Position numbers and translations under genes: made by a program. A DNA stretch of 59,527 nt. Origin: a virus (Duplodnaviria > Caudoviricetes). Below are positions 38,535-46,943 of this stretch, piece after piece. Position 1 is the first letter of the stretch. Each line of letters begins with the position of its first letter. The stretch is from the IMG/VR virus record IMGVR_UViG_3300025276_000036, positions 1 to 59,527 of that record; one strand, 5' to 3'. The notes beneath the pieces are model-generated. The model saw only the letters and a list, made by a program, of their open reading frames with translations. It was not told the DNA's origin and did not search any database.

Positions 38535-38741
38535 TTAACTTACGTACCGCGCTTCGAGATACGCCGCTGTCTCAAGCGTGGGGAATAAGTATTTCTTACC
38601 CCGTTTGACGTGGGGTATATCAAGCGTGCCATTATATATCTGCTGATAAAGCGATTGTTTTTTCAGCCTTAATACTTCGGCTAGTTCTTGCATATTTAAA
38701 AAAGGTCCGTACTTGTCCATCAAAAGGTCTGTCAGTGTCAT
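38535..38741 (-). CDS. Excisionase/AlpA-like HTH protein
   Basis: FLNMQELAEVLRLKKQSLYQQI...IPHVKRGKKYLF winged-HTH pattern; next to int. Confidence 0.8.
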   Translation of the reverse strand: MTLTDLLMDKYGPFLNMQELAEVLRLKKQSLYQQIYNGTLDIPHVKRGKKYLFPTLETAAYLEARYVS

Positions 38742-38808
38742 GTGTTTGATATCGCCTCATGGTTATGAAAGGTACTTCGAAATAGCGTTTTAACCCTGTA
38801 GTCTGGGT

Positions 38809-38840
38809 TATTACACTTACTAATATTAGTAATTATAATA
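38809..38840. promoter_or_regulatory. Two overlapping degenerate operators upstream of the xis-like gene
   Basis: TATTACACTTACTAATA (38809-38825) and TATTAGTAATTATAATA (38824-38840). Confidence 0.55.
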
Positions 38841-38956
38841 TTATATGCGAATTGTAATAGCAACTAAGATAGGTAAATAGAATGTGAACTACGTCACAAT
38901 CTAGTTAACTGTATACTTTAGTATTAGACGCGGCTGTTCAGTGGGAGATCAAATAT

Positions 38957-38979
38957 AAAAAAACCCACTGTTAAGTGGG
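38957..38979 (-). terminator. Intrinsic terminator after the repressor gene
   Basis: On the - strand: CCCACT-TAAC-AGTGGG followed by T7. Confidence 0.75.
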
Positions 38980-39003
38980 CTTTTGGATTATAACTTGTTG
39001 TTT

Positions 39004-39561
39004 TTAACTGACTTGTATGGTGAGCATTGTGTACTGTTCAATAACTTTAAACTTTTCAATTACGCTCTTATTTCCGATAACAAAAGATTTTCTATCTTCT
39101 ACTTTGGCCACATAAAGTAAGCTATTTTTAGAGCATCGGTGGGCGGCACTGGTATCTTTTGTAACTTCTATTAACGCTCCGATTGGTATTCGTAAGTCGT
39201 TTTCTTCATCAACTCTAATGTAAAACGAGTCTAGTTGCGCTTGGTCATATAAGAGCGGGGGGCTTTTGAGTTTTGTTGTAGCGTCACTTGTGGAATACAG
39301 CTCAGCCATACGTATGTTGTCTGGTAGAAGCGCGGCTATGTTAGGGTCGATATCTCTGGGGTCTACTCCAAGGAAGTTAGACAACTTAATGATTGTTTGC
39401 GGCGACATTGCTGTTAAGCCATTGACGTACTGCGCAAATGCTCCTTGAGACCATCCTAATTTACCGGCGGCTTCGGTTTGAGTCACTTCCATCTCTATTT
39501 TTTTAGAGTCCCAAATTCTTCTTAGATTTGCGACCGGGTCATTTGATACGTTACGATTCAT
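39004..39561 (-). CDS. CI/Cro-type HTH repressor
   Basis: VTQTEAAGKLGWSQGAFAQYVNG...IKLSNFLGVDP XRE HTH; start moved to MNRN. Confidence 0.85.
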   Translation of the reverse strand: MNRNVSNDPVANLRRIWDSKKIEMEVTQTEAAGKLGWSQGAFAQYVNGLTAMSPQTIIKLSNFLGVDPRDIDPNIAALLPDNIRMAELYSTSDATTKLKSPPLLYDQAQLDSFYIRVDEENDLRIPIGALIEVTKDTSAAHRCSKNSLLYVAKVEDRKSFVIGNKSVIEKFKVIEQYTMLTIQVS

Positions 39562-39566
39562 AATAC

Positions 39567-39962
39567 TCACCCTTCCATAGTTGAACATATAATAAAATCT
39601 TTAATCAAGCTTCTATTTACTTTATGTTCTATATAATACTCCTTTGTTATATTAGCTGTCCAGTCATTTACTAATAATATTAGGGCTGTATCCTCGATTC
39701 CTACGATAAGTGCAGCTTTTTGTCCGCAGTTATGGAGTTTATTAAGCCATTGTAGTTGGAGTGGTTTTAGCGTGGTTTTAATTAACGTAGAGTCACGTTT
39801 TGGGAGTGCAGGAACGTATTTATACTCTACCCATAGGGTTCCCGCCGGTCCGGCATACATAGCATCAGGGACACCACCCACGTAACTGTCGTGTATTTTC
39901 CATACTAAAAGGTCGGATGGCAGCGTACGGTGTATTGATTTTATAAAACTATGTTCGTTCAT
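39567..39962 (-). CDS. VRR-NUC/Holliday-junction-resolvase-like nuclease
   Basis: MNE...GVPD...WVEYK...LKPLQLQW PD-(D/E)XK pattern. Confidence 0.8.
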   Translation of the reverse strand: MNEHSFIKSIHRTLPSDLLVWKIHDSYVGGVPDAMYAGPAGTLWVEYKYVPALPKRDSTLIKTTLKPLQLQWLNKLHNCGQKAALIVGIEDTALILLVNDWTANITKEYYIEHKVNRSLIKDFIICSTMEG

Positions 39963-39994
39963 TTAGTCACATTTATTAGTTGGGGTAATAAATC

Positions 39995-40144
39995 TAGTGA
40001 TGCGTTTCGGCTTACAGTGCATCAAGCTGTAGTTGGCACAGTTATTTTTGTGTTGGAGATACACTCAAAAATAACCTGTAGCCTTTACCGGTTCGCGGTG
40101 GTAATTTAGTGATCCGTTTCCGACTCCTAGTGGATCAAGCTAGG
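39995..40144 (-). ncRNA. Two covarying H-type pseudoknot units separated by a hairpin
   Basis: TACAG-CT-TGATGC-A-CTGTA-AGCCGAAAC-GCATCA and CCTAG-CT-TGATCC-A-CTAGG-AGTCGGAAAC-GGATCA; four compensatory base-pair changes. Confidence 0.7.
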
Positions 40145-40201
40145 CCAAAAAGGGCGCAACGTATCGAGCGTTGCGTCCTTAGTCGCGGAGGCAACTTGTT
40201 A

Positions 40202-40894
40202 TTAGCTGTGTTGCTCGTATAGAGCCTCTGCTGATTTGTAGTCGTCTTCCATAGCCCAACCTACCCAAGAAACATCGACATTCATAAACACTTTGCCGCT
40301 TTTGTTCTCAGTGGCAACCCCGCCTACTTTCCAAAGACCTGCGAACCGATCACCGCCGAACATACCGATCTGGGAGTTCCAAGCCTTAGACACGCGTAGC
40401 TTAGACGATGCGAAGTCCATGATGCACGGGCTACGGTCAAGCTCGCCTGTCTCAGGGTTCTTAAGTAACACGATGTGCGCATGGGTCTCGTTGATTTCGT
40501 ACTCAGAAGGCGCGTCTTGAGTATTGACGTACTCTTGTGCACTCTCTTTAGATGTGTACGCACCATGGTAACCACCGCCTGCTTCAAGACTTTTCCACAC
40601 AACATACTCGATCTTGAACGTCAAGCTAAGTGCGTATATCTCTTCGCCATAATTCTCATTAGTAAGTGTGTTAACGAAATGGCCAACTTCACAGCCAGGG
40701 ATGAATTTAGCGTGATGCTTGTCTACTTCGTTAGACATTTTTTGGAGCATCTTTATACGAGGTATGGCTACGTTAGCGCCAACGTTCTCGTTACCACGGC
40801 CAATGCCGTTGACAACTTGTAAGTGGGCCGGTAGCGAGTCGTTAGAGGCTACCATGGAGGGTGCTGCTGATACTGCTTTTGATGCTGAAGGCAT
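40202..40894 (-). CDS. Putative ssDNA-binding/recombination protein
   Basis: G.ENV...IPRIKMLQKMS.EV...G.F.N.LT...YVVW...GGG pattern seen in phage replication modules. Confidence 0.55.
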   Translation of the reverse strand: MPSASKAVSAAPSMVASNDSLPAHLQVVNGIGRGNENVGANVAIPRIKMLQKMSNEVDKHHAKFIPGCEVGHFVNTLTNENYGEEIYALSLTFKIEYVVWKSLEAGGGYHGAYTSKESAQEYVNTQDAPSEYEINETHAHIVLLKNPETGELDRSPCIMDFASSKLRVSKAWNSQIGMFGGDRFAGLWKVGGVATENKSGKVFMNVDVSWVGWAMEDDYKSAEALYEQHS

Positions 40895-40928
40895 AATGTA
40901 TTTCCTATGATTGATTCATGATTGGGGT

Positions 40929-41294
40929 TTAAAGGTTTCTAAAGTTAATTCGACGTATTTCACGGGGCTGTAAACCAGGCACTTCCTCTCCAAGTTTCAG
41001 GAGTTCCTTGTACGCGGTGGATGATGCACGTCGTTGTAAGAGACTGAAATCGTCAGTAGATTTGATGTGGGCGTAAAATAAATCCCAATCAACTACATCT
41101 GGCACAGTGTCTTGGTTTATGGACACACTGGCTCTGTCATTAGCGGTACGTGACAGACCCTGCTCGTCCAATGCGGTGAGAAGCTGATAATCTAATTCAG
41201 ACTCTCGTTTGTTTACATCTTTCAAACTAGCGTTGAGAAAAGCTTTTTGATCTTTTACCTCGGCTCGTAACTCAATAAGTTCATTTATATTCAT
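40929..41294 (-). CDS. Conserved phage replication-module protein (121 aa)
   Basis: N-terminal coiled coil; VVDWD.FY..I...DDFSLLQRR...EVPG. Confidence 0.7.
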   Translation of the reverse strand: MNINELIELRAEVKDQKAFLNASLKDVNKRESELDYQLLTALDEQGLSRTANDRASVSINQDTVPDVVDWDLFYAHIKSTDDFSLLQRRASSTAYKELLKLGEEVPGLQPREIRRINFRNL

Positions 41295-41303
41295 GCGTAC
41301 TCC

Positions 41304-42641
41304 TTATGCGGCTGCTTTTAGTTGGTTGAGTATTGATAGCAAGTCTTCCATTCGGACTAGCTTGCTTTGTAGCTTTTCGTACACGTCTGTTTCCCACGTA
41401 CCGCGAGCGGCGATATGGACAACTTCGGTGCGTTCTGTTTGCCCCGCACGGTATATTCGGCGGTTAAACTGGTGGTAGTGCTCTGCGTTGTAGGTAGGTG
41501 ATGCCCAGATAACACTGGTTGCTTTGGTCATGGTGAGACCATGCCCTGCTGACTGTGGGTGACAAAACACGACCTGTAGGTGCCCTGCTTGCATGCGGTC
41601 TACAATTTCTTTGCGCTTATGTGCAGGACAATCGCCATCGATCGTTGCGTACTTGATGCCTAACTTCTCAGCGAGCGCGGTCATGTGTACTTTTTCGTGC
41701 TTCCAGTTGAACGCTACAAGACTGTGCTTGCGCTCTTGAACAAGTTGCATTACTAATTCATAGCGCTCGGGATGTACGCTTTGGACGTTGCCGTCTTCGT
41801 CGTACACTGCGCCAGTACATAACTGCAATAACTTTTTGACCTTTGCACCTGCATGGACAGCAGTGATAACTGTGTCATTTGTAGTCAGGATGTTGTCGTT
41901 ACTGAGTTGGTAATACTGTTGCATTATCTTTTTAGGAAGGCTTACAAGACGCTCGCTAATAGTTTGCGGCGGCATGGTTAGACATTCTTCTAACGTGTAT
42001 CGGATATTAATATCGCTAAGCGCTTGGGCTACGGTTGTTTCTGCATCTTCTTTTTGAATCCATTCGTTAGCGAAACCGTTGAAGCGCGCTGTACACACTA
42101 CGTTGCGGAAGGTATAGAACCGGTGGCCAAGGCGTTCACCGTCGTCAATGATGAGCGTTGGGTGCCAGATGTCTAAGATGGTGTTGCTGTTAGGCGTACC
42201 TGACATTGCAATACGGTACTTAAAGAGACTGGCTATTTTAAGAATGGCTTTACTACGCTGAGAGCTTGGGTTCTTAAACGCGGTAAACTCATCAATTACA
42301 AGTGTGTCGAAATCAGCTAATAATGATTTGTGTTGGATGAGCCATTTAGCGGCGTCATGGTTGGTGATAACAGCGTCTGTATCTTCTTGAAACGCTTTCT
42401 CACGGTTCTTAGCGTAAGCAACTGAATACGTGAGCTGCGGAGTAAACTTCTCTATGTCATCGCCCCACGAGGCTTCTAAGATAGACAGCGGAGCAAGGAT
42501 CAAGGTTCGTGAACTACGCTTCGCAATCGCGTCTAGTACTGAGCGCGTTTTGCCTGTGCCTGGATCAGATGTAATAAGCACACGATCGTTAGCTAAAATG
42601 TGGTTAGTCGTTACTGTTTGGTGCTTGAAAGGCTTAAACAT
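41304..42641 (-). CDS. SNF2-like SF2 DNA helicase
   Basis: DPGTGKT, VIDE, MSGTP, AGHGLT and RIYRAGQ motifs. Confidence 0.92.
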   Translation of the reverse strand: MFKPFKHQTVTTNHILANDRVLITSDPGTGKTRSVLDAIAKRSSRTLILAPLSILEASWGDDIEKFTPQLTYSVAYAKNREKAFQEDTDAVITNHDAAKWLIQHKSLLADFDTLVIDEFTAFKNPSSQRSKAILKIASLFKYRIAMSGTPNSNTILDIWHPTLIIDDGERLGHRFYTFRNVVCTARFNGFANEWIQKEDAETTVAQALSDINIRYTLEECLTMPPQTISERLVSLPKKIMQQYYQLSNDNILTTNDTVITAVHAGAKVKKLLQLCTGAVYDEDGNVQSVHPERYELVMQLVQERKHSLVAFNWKHEKVHMTALAEKLGIKYATIDGDCPAHKRKEIVDRMQAGHLQVVFCHPQSAGHGLTMTKATSVIWASPTYNAEHYHQFNRRIYRAGQTERTEVVHIAARGTWETDVYEKLQSKLVRMEDLLSILNQLKAAA

Positions 42642-42663
42642 TTTGATTACCTTTTTGGTTTAG

Positions 42664-42702
42664 TATCAATAGCTTATGTGTATTATATTAGCATTACTAA
42701 TA
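42664..42702 (-). promoter_or_regulatory. Helicase-operon promoter region with operator and IHF-type site
   Basis: TATTAGCATTACTAATA at 42686-42702; TATAAT on the - strand at 42682-42687; TATCAATAGCTTA at 42664-42676 is identical to an attP IHF site. Confidence 0.6.
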
Positions 42703-42713
42703 CTATAAATCCA

Positions 42714-42923
42714 TTAAAGTTCTGTTGAGATAATGTCGTCAAATATCTCTTGTTTTATAGACGCTGCGAGTGAACGATCCATCTTCTGCGTCAGTTTTAT
42801 ATTTGATTTCTTTAGACGGTACGTTGACCAGTACATAGCCTCTGGGGGGTCTGTAAGTAGACGGTACTCTAGAACTTCTTGCGGGTTGAGAATGTAATAT
42901 TGCTTCATGTAATTGCGCCTCAA
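42714..42923 (-). CDS. Hypothetical protein (~64-69 aa)
   Basis: ORF in the - strand array; GAGG precedes MKQYY. Confidence 0.5.
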   Translation of the reverse strand: MRRNYMKQYYILNPQEVLEYRLLTDPPEAMYWSTYRLKKSNIKLTQKMDRSLAASIKQEIFDDIISTEL

Positions 42924-42960
42924 TATGACCGAATAAAACGTGCTTTATATCTTCCATGGT

Positions 42961-43257
42961 CTAGTCCTTGGGGTTAATGTCTACCCACATAAAACGTCGG
43001 TAAGGGAATTTTTTGGTTTTAACAATGCTTAGTACTTCGCGCGTCATGGTCTGCTTCATAACGAACAACGTTATGGAAATAATTAAACCGGCGACCATGG
43101 CGGTCAACATGCCGCTGAAAGTGCCTGCAAAGATAAACATTAGAAAGCCTGTTGATACTATGTCGATAGGTATGTCGAACGCGATAACACGACGGACGCC
43201 GAACTTAAAGACTAGGAATAGAATGCCTGCGGCTGATAGCGTTCCTGCTATTAACAT
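42961..43257 (-). CDS. Membrane protein (~98 aa)
   Basis: Three hydrophobic segments; GGAG RBS before MLIAG. Confidence 0.65.
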   Translation of the reverse strand: MLIAGTLSAAGILFLVFKFGVRRVIAFDIPIDIVSTGFLMFIFAGTFSGMLTAMVAGLIISITLFVMKQTMTREVLSIVKTKKFPYRRFMWVDINPKD

Positions 43258-43259
43258 AG

Positions 43260-43418
43260 TTATCTCCGATAGAACAAGTAATTGAGAGCTACGCCTATCG
43301 CGGCTATGAGCAAACAAGCAAGCACGATAGTAATGAGGTCTACAAGAATGGAAAAGAATAGGACTACGCAGACAATTAAGGCTGCGTAGAACAGTATTTG
43401 GTACAGTATATTTTTCAT
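43260..43418 (-). CDS. Small membrane protein (~52 aa)
   Basis: MKNILYQ start; two TM segments. Confidence 0.5.
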   Translation of the reverse strand: MKNILYQILFYAALIVCVVLFFSILVDLITIVLACLLIAAIGVALNYLFYRR

Positions 43419-43479
43419 TGGGATACTCTCGTCTGGTTCGTGGGGACTCTTTTGATTCCTGTCGGGAATTGGTTTTAAA

Positions 43480-44241
43480 CTACTCAACGCCCCAGTGACA
43501 TTCAGGGTCCATGCCTTCGGGTGCTTTTCTAAATGAACACCATCTACACGCATTTTTACTAGGCGTTGGTGCGAAGTCTGTTTCAGTCGTCATCTTGACT
43601 GCGCGTTTGTGGTAAGCCGGTGCAAAGACCATGGCTTGCTCACGGGTGTATTGTTTTTTAGTTGTTTTGGCATGGTCGAGATACCAAAATTCGGTCTGAA
43701 CAAACTGTATTAGTGGGAATCTAAAGAACGTTGCAATGGCGTATAACAGCCCTTGCTGACCGTGTGCTATTTCGTTGCCGAAGTGTTTACCAGTTTTGTA
43801 ATCGATAACTCTGGCTGATGTTTCGTCTTCGTGTACAAGTGCGTCTAGTTTGATGCGCGCCCATGTGTCTGGACTCATCCAACCTGTAACGTCCCACTCG
43901 GTTGTAAAGCCCCAGTCACCTTCTAATTCGACTTTTGCATCGGCATACAATGCACGTAACTCGTTGAAATCTGCTTCGAACTTAGACAGTTCAGTTGGCA
44001 GCTCACTAATCTTGCCGTCAACGAAGTCTTCTGCGTATTCATGTATCATTGTTCCGCGATCCATGGCAGGCGAACCTGGTTCTTTAACGCCTTTTACACG
44101 GCTGATATAAGTTCTGTAGGGGCAGTCTTCGAAGACTTTTAGTGCTGAGTAGGACCAGGCTCTTACATCGCCTAATGCTGTTGGAACTTCGAAGTCTACG
44201 TTGCCGCGTGTTGCGTCTTTATCACCTGTCAATTTAATCAT
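43480..44241 (-). CDS. PD-(D/E)XK (RecB/Cas4-like) exonuclease
   Basis: WSYS....EDCP, GT.IH, KLD...VIDYKTGK, Q..LYA, CRWCSF...C Fe-S-type cysteines. Confidence 0.88.
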   Translation of the reverse strand: MIKLTGDKDATRGNVDFEVPTALGDVRAWSYSALKVFEDCPYRTYISRVKGVKEPGSPAMDRGTMIHEYAEDFVDGKISELPTELSKFEADFNELRALYADAKVELEGDWGFTTEWDVTGWMSPDTWARIKLDALVHEDETSARVIDYKTGKHFGNEIAHGQQGLLYAIATFFRFPLIQFVQTEFWYLDHAKTTKKQYTREQAMVFAPAYHKRAVKMTTETDFAPTPSKNACRWCSFRKAPEGMDPECHWGVE

Positions 44242-44249
44242 TTTTTATC

Positions 44250-46748
44250 CTAAGCAGTTGCTAACAGTTTTTTGTCATTATCGTTAAAGTACGTAAGGAT
44301 GACCTCGGTTCGTAAGTCTTCTTCGAGTGTCCAAGTTACTACAACACCTCGTAATGCAGTTGCTGTTCTTGGCGCACCAACTGGTCGTTTTTGTGCGGCC
44401 ATAACGCGCGATCGATTAGCTACTTTTTTAAATGCATGTGGGGACATACGCTCTTCGGTTAGCACTTGATAAACTAGTCGCAAATGTTCCATAGGTATAA
44501 TTGAGTAGTGCTCGTTTTCTGCATCGGCTACCCACGTTTTTACCATTCGTTGAGCAGTATTAATGTCTTGGCCTGCTAGTACGTTGTTTAGCTGTATATC
44601 TAGAATCTCTAAGAAGTGCTTTAAGTGCCCTTTTTTAACAGCGGCAAAGAACTCTTCAACAACTGACATAGTGACTTCTGCCATTGCTATCTTTGCAATA
44701 TTTGTTATTGGTGTATGAGCAAAGCGTTCTTCGACTTTGAAGTGTCGCAACACAGCGGCAAAAGTCATAAGCTCACTTTGAATGGAGTCAATGTTGTCAA
44801 TAACTTCAGGGTGTGCGTCTTTAAGTGCAATCTCTTGTCTTGGCGCGATGTTGTAGCGCCGATCGCCCTCTTCAATGTTTACAGCATCGGGACGGTTTGT
44901 TAAGAATATAAAGTTAACGTAGCTAGGCATTTCAACTTGGTTTGATCGCATGCCACGAATAGTCATTGTGGTTTCAGTAATAGCATTTTTAAGTTTGTCT
45001 GCAATCTTGATAGTGCCTGCATTGGCTGACGCCATATGAAACTCGTCAACCACAAGGAACAGCGCTTGGCGCATGTAGCTGTTGAATTGCTCTTCGATAT
45101 TCTGTAGCGCGCGCATAGGTACATGCTCTTGGCCAAATAAAGGCCGCAATACTTTGGTATAGAAGATGCCTTTGCCAGTCCCAGGCACGCCTTGTAGGAC
45201 CCACGCTGTACCGGCTTTTTGTTTGGTTTGAAAGATGTAAGCTAGCCAGTTAATAAAGTATTCAAACTCTAACTTCCCACCGCCAAGTATGTGCATGATA
45301 AGTTTGTAAACTAAAGGGCAAGCGTCCATAAGTTGAGTAGCTTCGCCCATTTCTAATTCTGTATGTTTTTTAGCTGACAGCATGTAATCAGTCTGCCTAA
45401 ACATATTAATGGTGTAGGGTATTTTGGTTAAGTTAACTGCCGGTGCTGTAGAGCATGGGTCAAACACGACTGACGCATCAGGGATAAACTCAGGCTTAGA
45501 GCGACCGTGTGAGCGCATAAAACCTTCTATACTTGAAGCCGCGCAAGGTACTAACGGAAAGGTCGACGTAAACTGGTTTAGGTTTGGGTCAAAGACGCCG
45601 TTGTAGTATGTGTCAGTACTGAAATCACGCAGTGCTATAGGGTGGTTAGCGCGCCCTTGTATAGACAGTTCTTTTTCATAGTGGTCAAAAATCCCTTTAT
45701 AAAAATCAGGGTCTGCGGTTTCAATAGACCAGATAGGTTCGCCTTTAAAGTTATACATGTAGGTTGGATCTTTAAGGTTGAACCAGTAAGCACCGCTGTC
45801 GCCGCCATTAACATTACACATAATGTAAGGCGAATAATCTTCGTTGCTTATGTTGATGGACATACGGTCTGGGTTTTGAAGAATCTCTTCGTTACGATCG
45901 CCGACATTAGAAATAGTAATGCGCTCTTTCTTGGCGCTAAAGCCCTTCTTAACGCGAAGTATATTCTTGCGCTCTGTCGCGTTTGTATGGACTTTTTCAG
46001 GGCTAACGTCGCTCATTAACGCGGCTAAATCAAGCAGACTGTTGTGTTTAGTAACGCGTACGACCCGTTCTTTATAACTACGGAACGGGTCGCAAGCGTC
46101 GTCTTCAAAGGTAGGAGGCGCTATGAAGATTAGTTTTGAATTGTCAGCGACACTAATGTCTATGGGGTATCGTAATGAGTGTCCATTGGCTGATAACTCT
46201 AATTGCTCTAGAAATAAAGGTGATTCGAAGTTGGTGTTCTGCATCCATAGCTTAACAGTCTTAGGTGGCATTGGATGTTTCAGCAGCATGAAGATGTGTA
46301 AGGAGACTTTGTCACCCTTTAATCCCATGCTTGAGCTTGCTTGTGCAATGTAACTGGTGTCTTTTAAAGCAGCGGGTAGTTCGCCTAGTACAGACTCAGC
46401 TAACGCGCGTACATCATCTTGGCAGTATTTTTGCGTACCATGTGCCCCTAGCGTAATGCCGTCGATATCGAGCACTAACAAGCTAGTGTATGCAATCCTG
46501 TCGCCTGCACCTCGACGAGACTCGTTGACTACTGGGCGCTTTAGGTCGCCTTTTAATAAGCACCAACCGACAGCGCCTTTTTCTAATATAAGTTGCTCTA
46601 GAACACCTAAGCCGTCTTCGTCTTTGGTGATGTCAAATATGTGTGATGATACTTTACTAACGTTGGGGTAAGGGGTGAAGCCTTTCTCGGCACAATAGCG
46701 CTTACTAAGGCGGGTTCCACTGGCCGCCTCTAAAAAAGTTACATGCAT
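44250..46748 (-). CDS. Primase-helicase (N-terminal primase-like domain plus SF3/DUF5906 helicase)
   Basis: LVLDID and SLHIF in the N-terminus; GVPGTGKG Walker A, VVDE Walker B, FLTN, DRRY. Confidence 0.85.
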   Translation of the reverse strand: MHVTFLEAASGTRLSKRYCAEKGFTPYPNVSKVSSHIFDITKDEDGLGVLEQLILEKGAVGWCLLKGDLKRPVVNESRRGAGDRIAYTSLLVLDIDGITLGAHGTQKYCQDDVRALAESVLGELPAALKDTSYIAQASSSMGLKGDKVSLHIFMLLKHPMPPKTVKLWMQNTNFESPLFLEQLELSANGHSLRYPIDISVADNSKLIFIAPPTFEDDACDPFRSYKERVVRVTKHNSLLDLAALMSDVSPEKVHTNATERKNILRVKKGFSAKKERITISNVGDRNEEILQNPDRMSINISNEDYSPYIMCNVNGGDSGAYWFNLKDPTYMYNFKGEPIWSIETADPDFYKGIFDHYEKELSIQGRANHPIALRDFSTDTYYNGVFDPNLNQFTSTFPLVPCAASSIEGFMRSHGRSKPEFIPDASVVFDPCSTAPAVNLTKIPYTINMFRQTDYMLSAKKHTELEMGEATQLMDACPLVYKLIMHILGGGKLEFEYFINWLAYIFQTKQKAGTAWVLQGVPGTGKGIFYTKVLRPLFGQEHVPMRALQNIEEQFNSYMRQALFLVVDEFHMASANAGTIKIADKLKNAITETTMTIRGMRSNQVEMPSYVNFIFLTNRPDAVNIEEGDRRYNIAPRQEIALKDAHPEVIDNIDSIQSELMTFAAVLRHFKVEERFAHTPITNIAKIAMAEVTMSVVEEFFAAVKKGHLKHFLEILDIQLNNVLAGQDINTAQRMVKTWVADAENEHYSIIPMEHLRLVYQVLTEERMSPHAFKKVANRSRVMAAQKRPVGAPRTATALRGVVVTWTLEEDLRTEVILTYFNDNDKKLLATA

Positions 46749-46756
46749 GTCTCCTC

Positions 46757-46942
46757 CTACGAAGATGGTTTATCTTTGTTGTATATTTCTTCTCGATCTA
46801 TTTTGACTGTTTCGTCTGCTTCGAATGCTAAGCGAACTTGATTCCTGTCGACACGAGTCACTTTGACTGTGGCTAAAATGCCATTTTTATCGTGAATGAT
46901 GACGCGCTCGTCGATCTTTCTGCTAAGAATTAATCTGGACAT
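46757..46942 (-). CDS. csrA: CsrA/RsmA carbon storage regulator homologue
   Basis: LILSRKIDERVII...VKV..V.RNQVRLAFEADETVKIDREEIY aligns by eye with CsrA (LILTRR...NQVRIG..AP..V.VHREEIY). Confidence 0.85.
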   Translation of the reverse strand: MSRLILSRKIDERVIIHDKNGILATVKVTRVDRNQVRLAFEADETVKIDREEIYNKDKPSS

Positions 46943-46943
46943 T

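Noticed and set aside
39995-40144. Hammerhead ribozyme (TGATG...GAAAC resemblance)
   Set aside because: The CUGANGA core and three-way junction are not satisfied; the TGATGC segment is instead paired in a covarying pseudoknot stem
43480-44241. Cas4 as part of a CRISPR system
   Set aside because: Stand-alone PD-(D/E)XK nuclease within the replication module, which is common in phages
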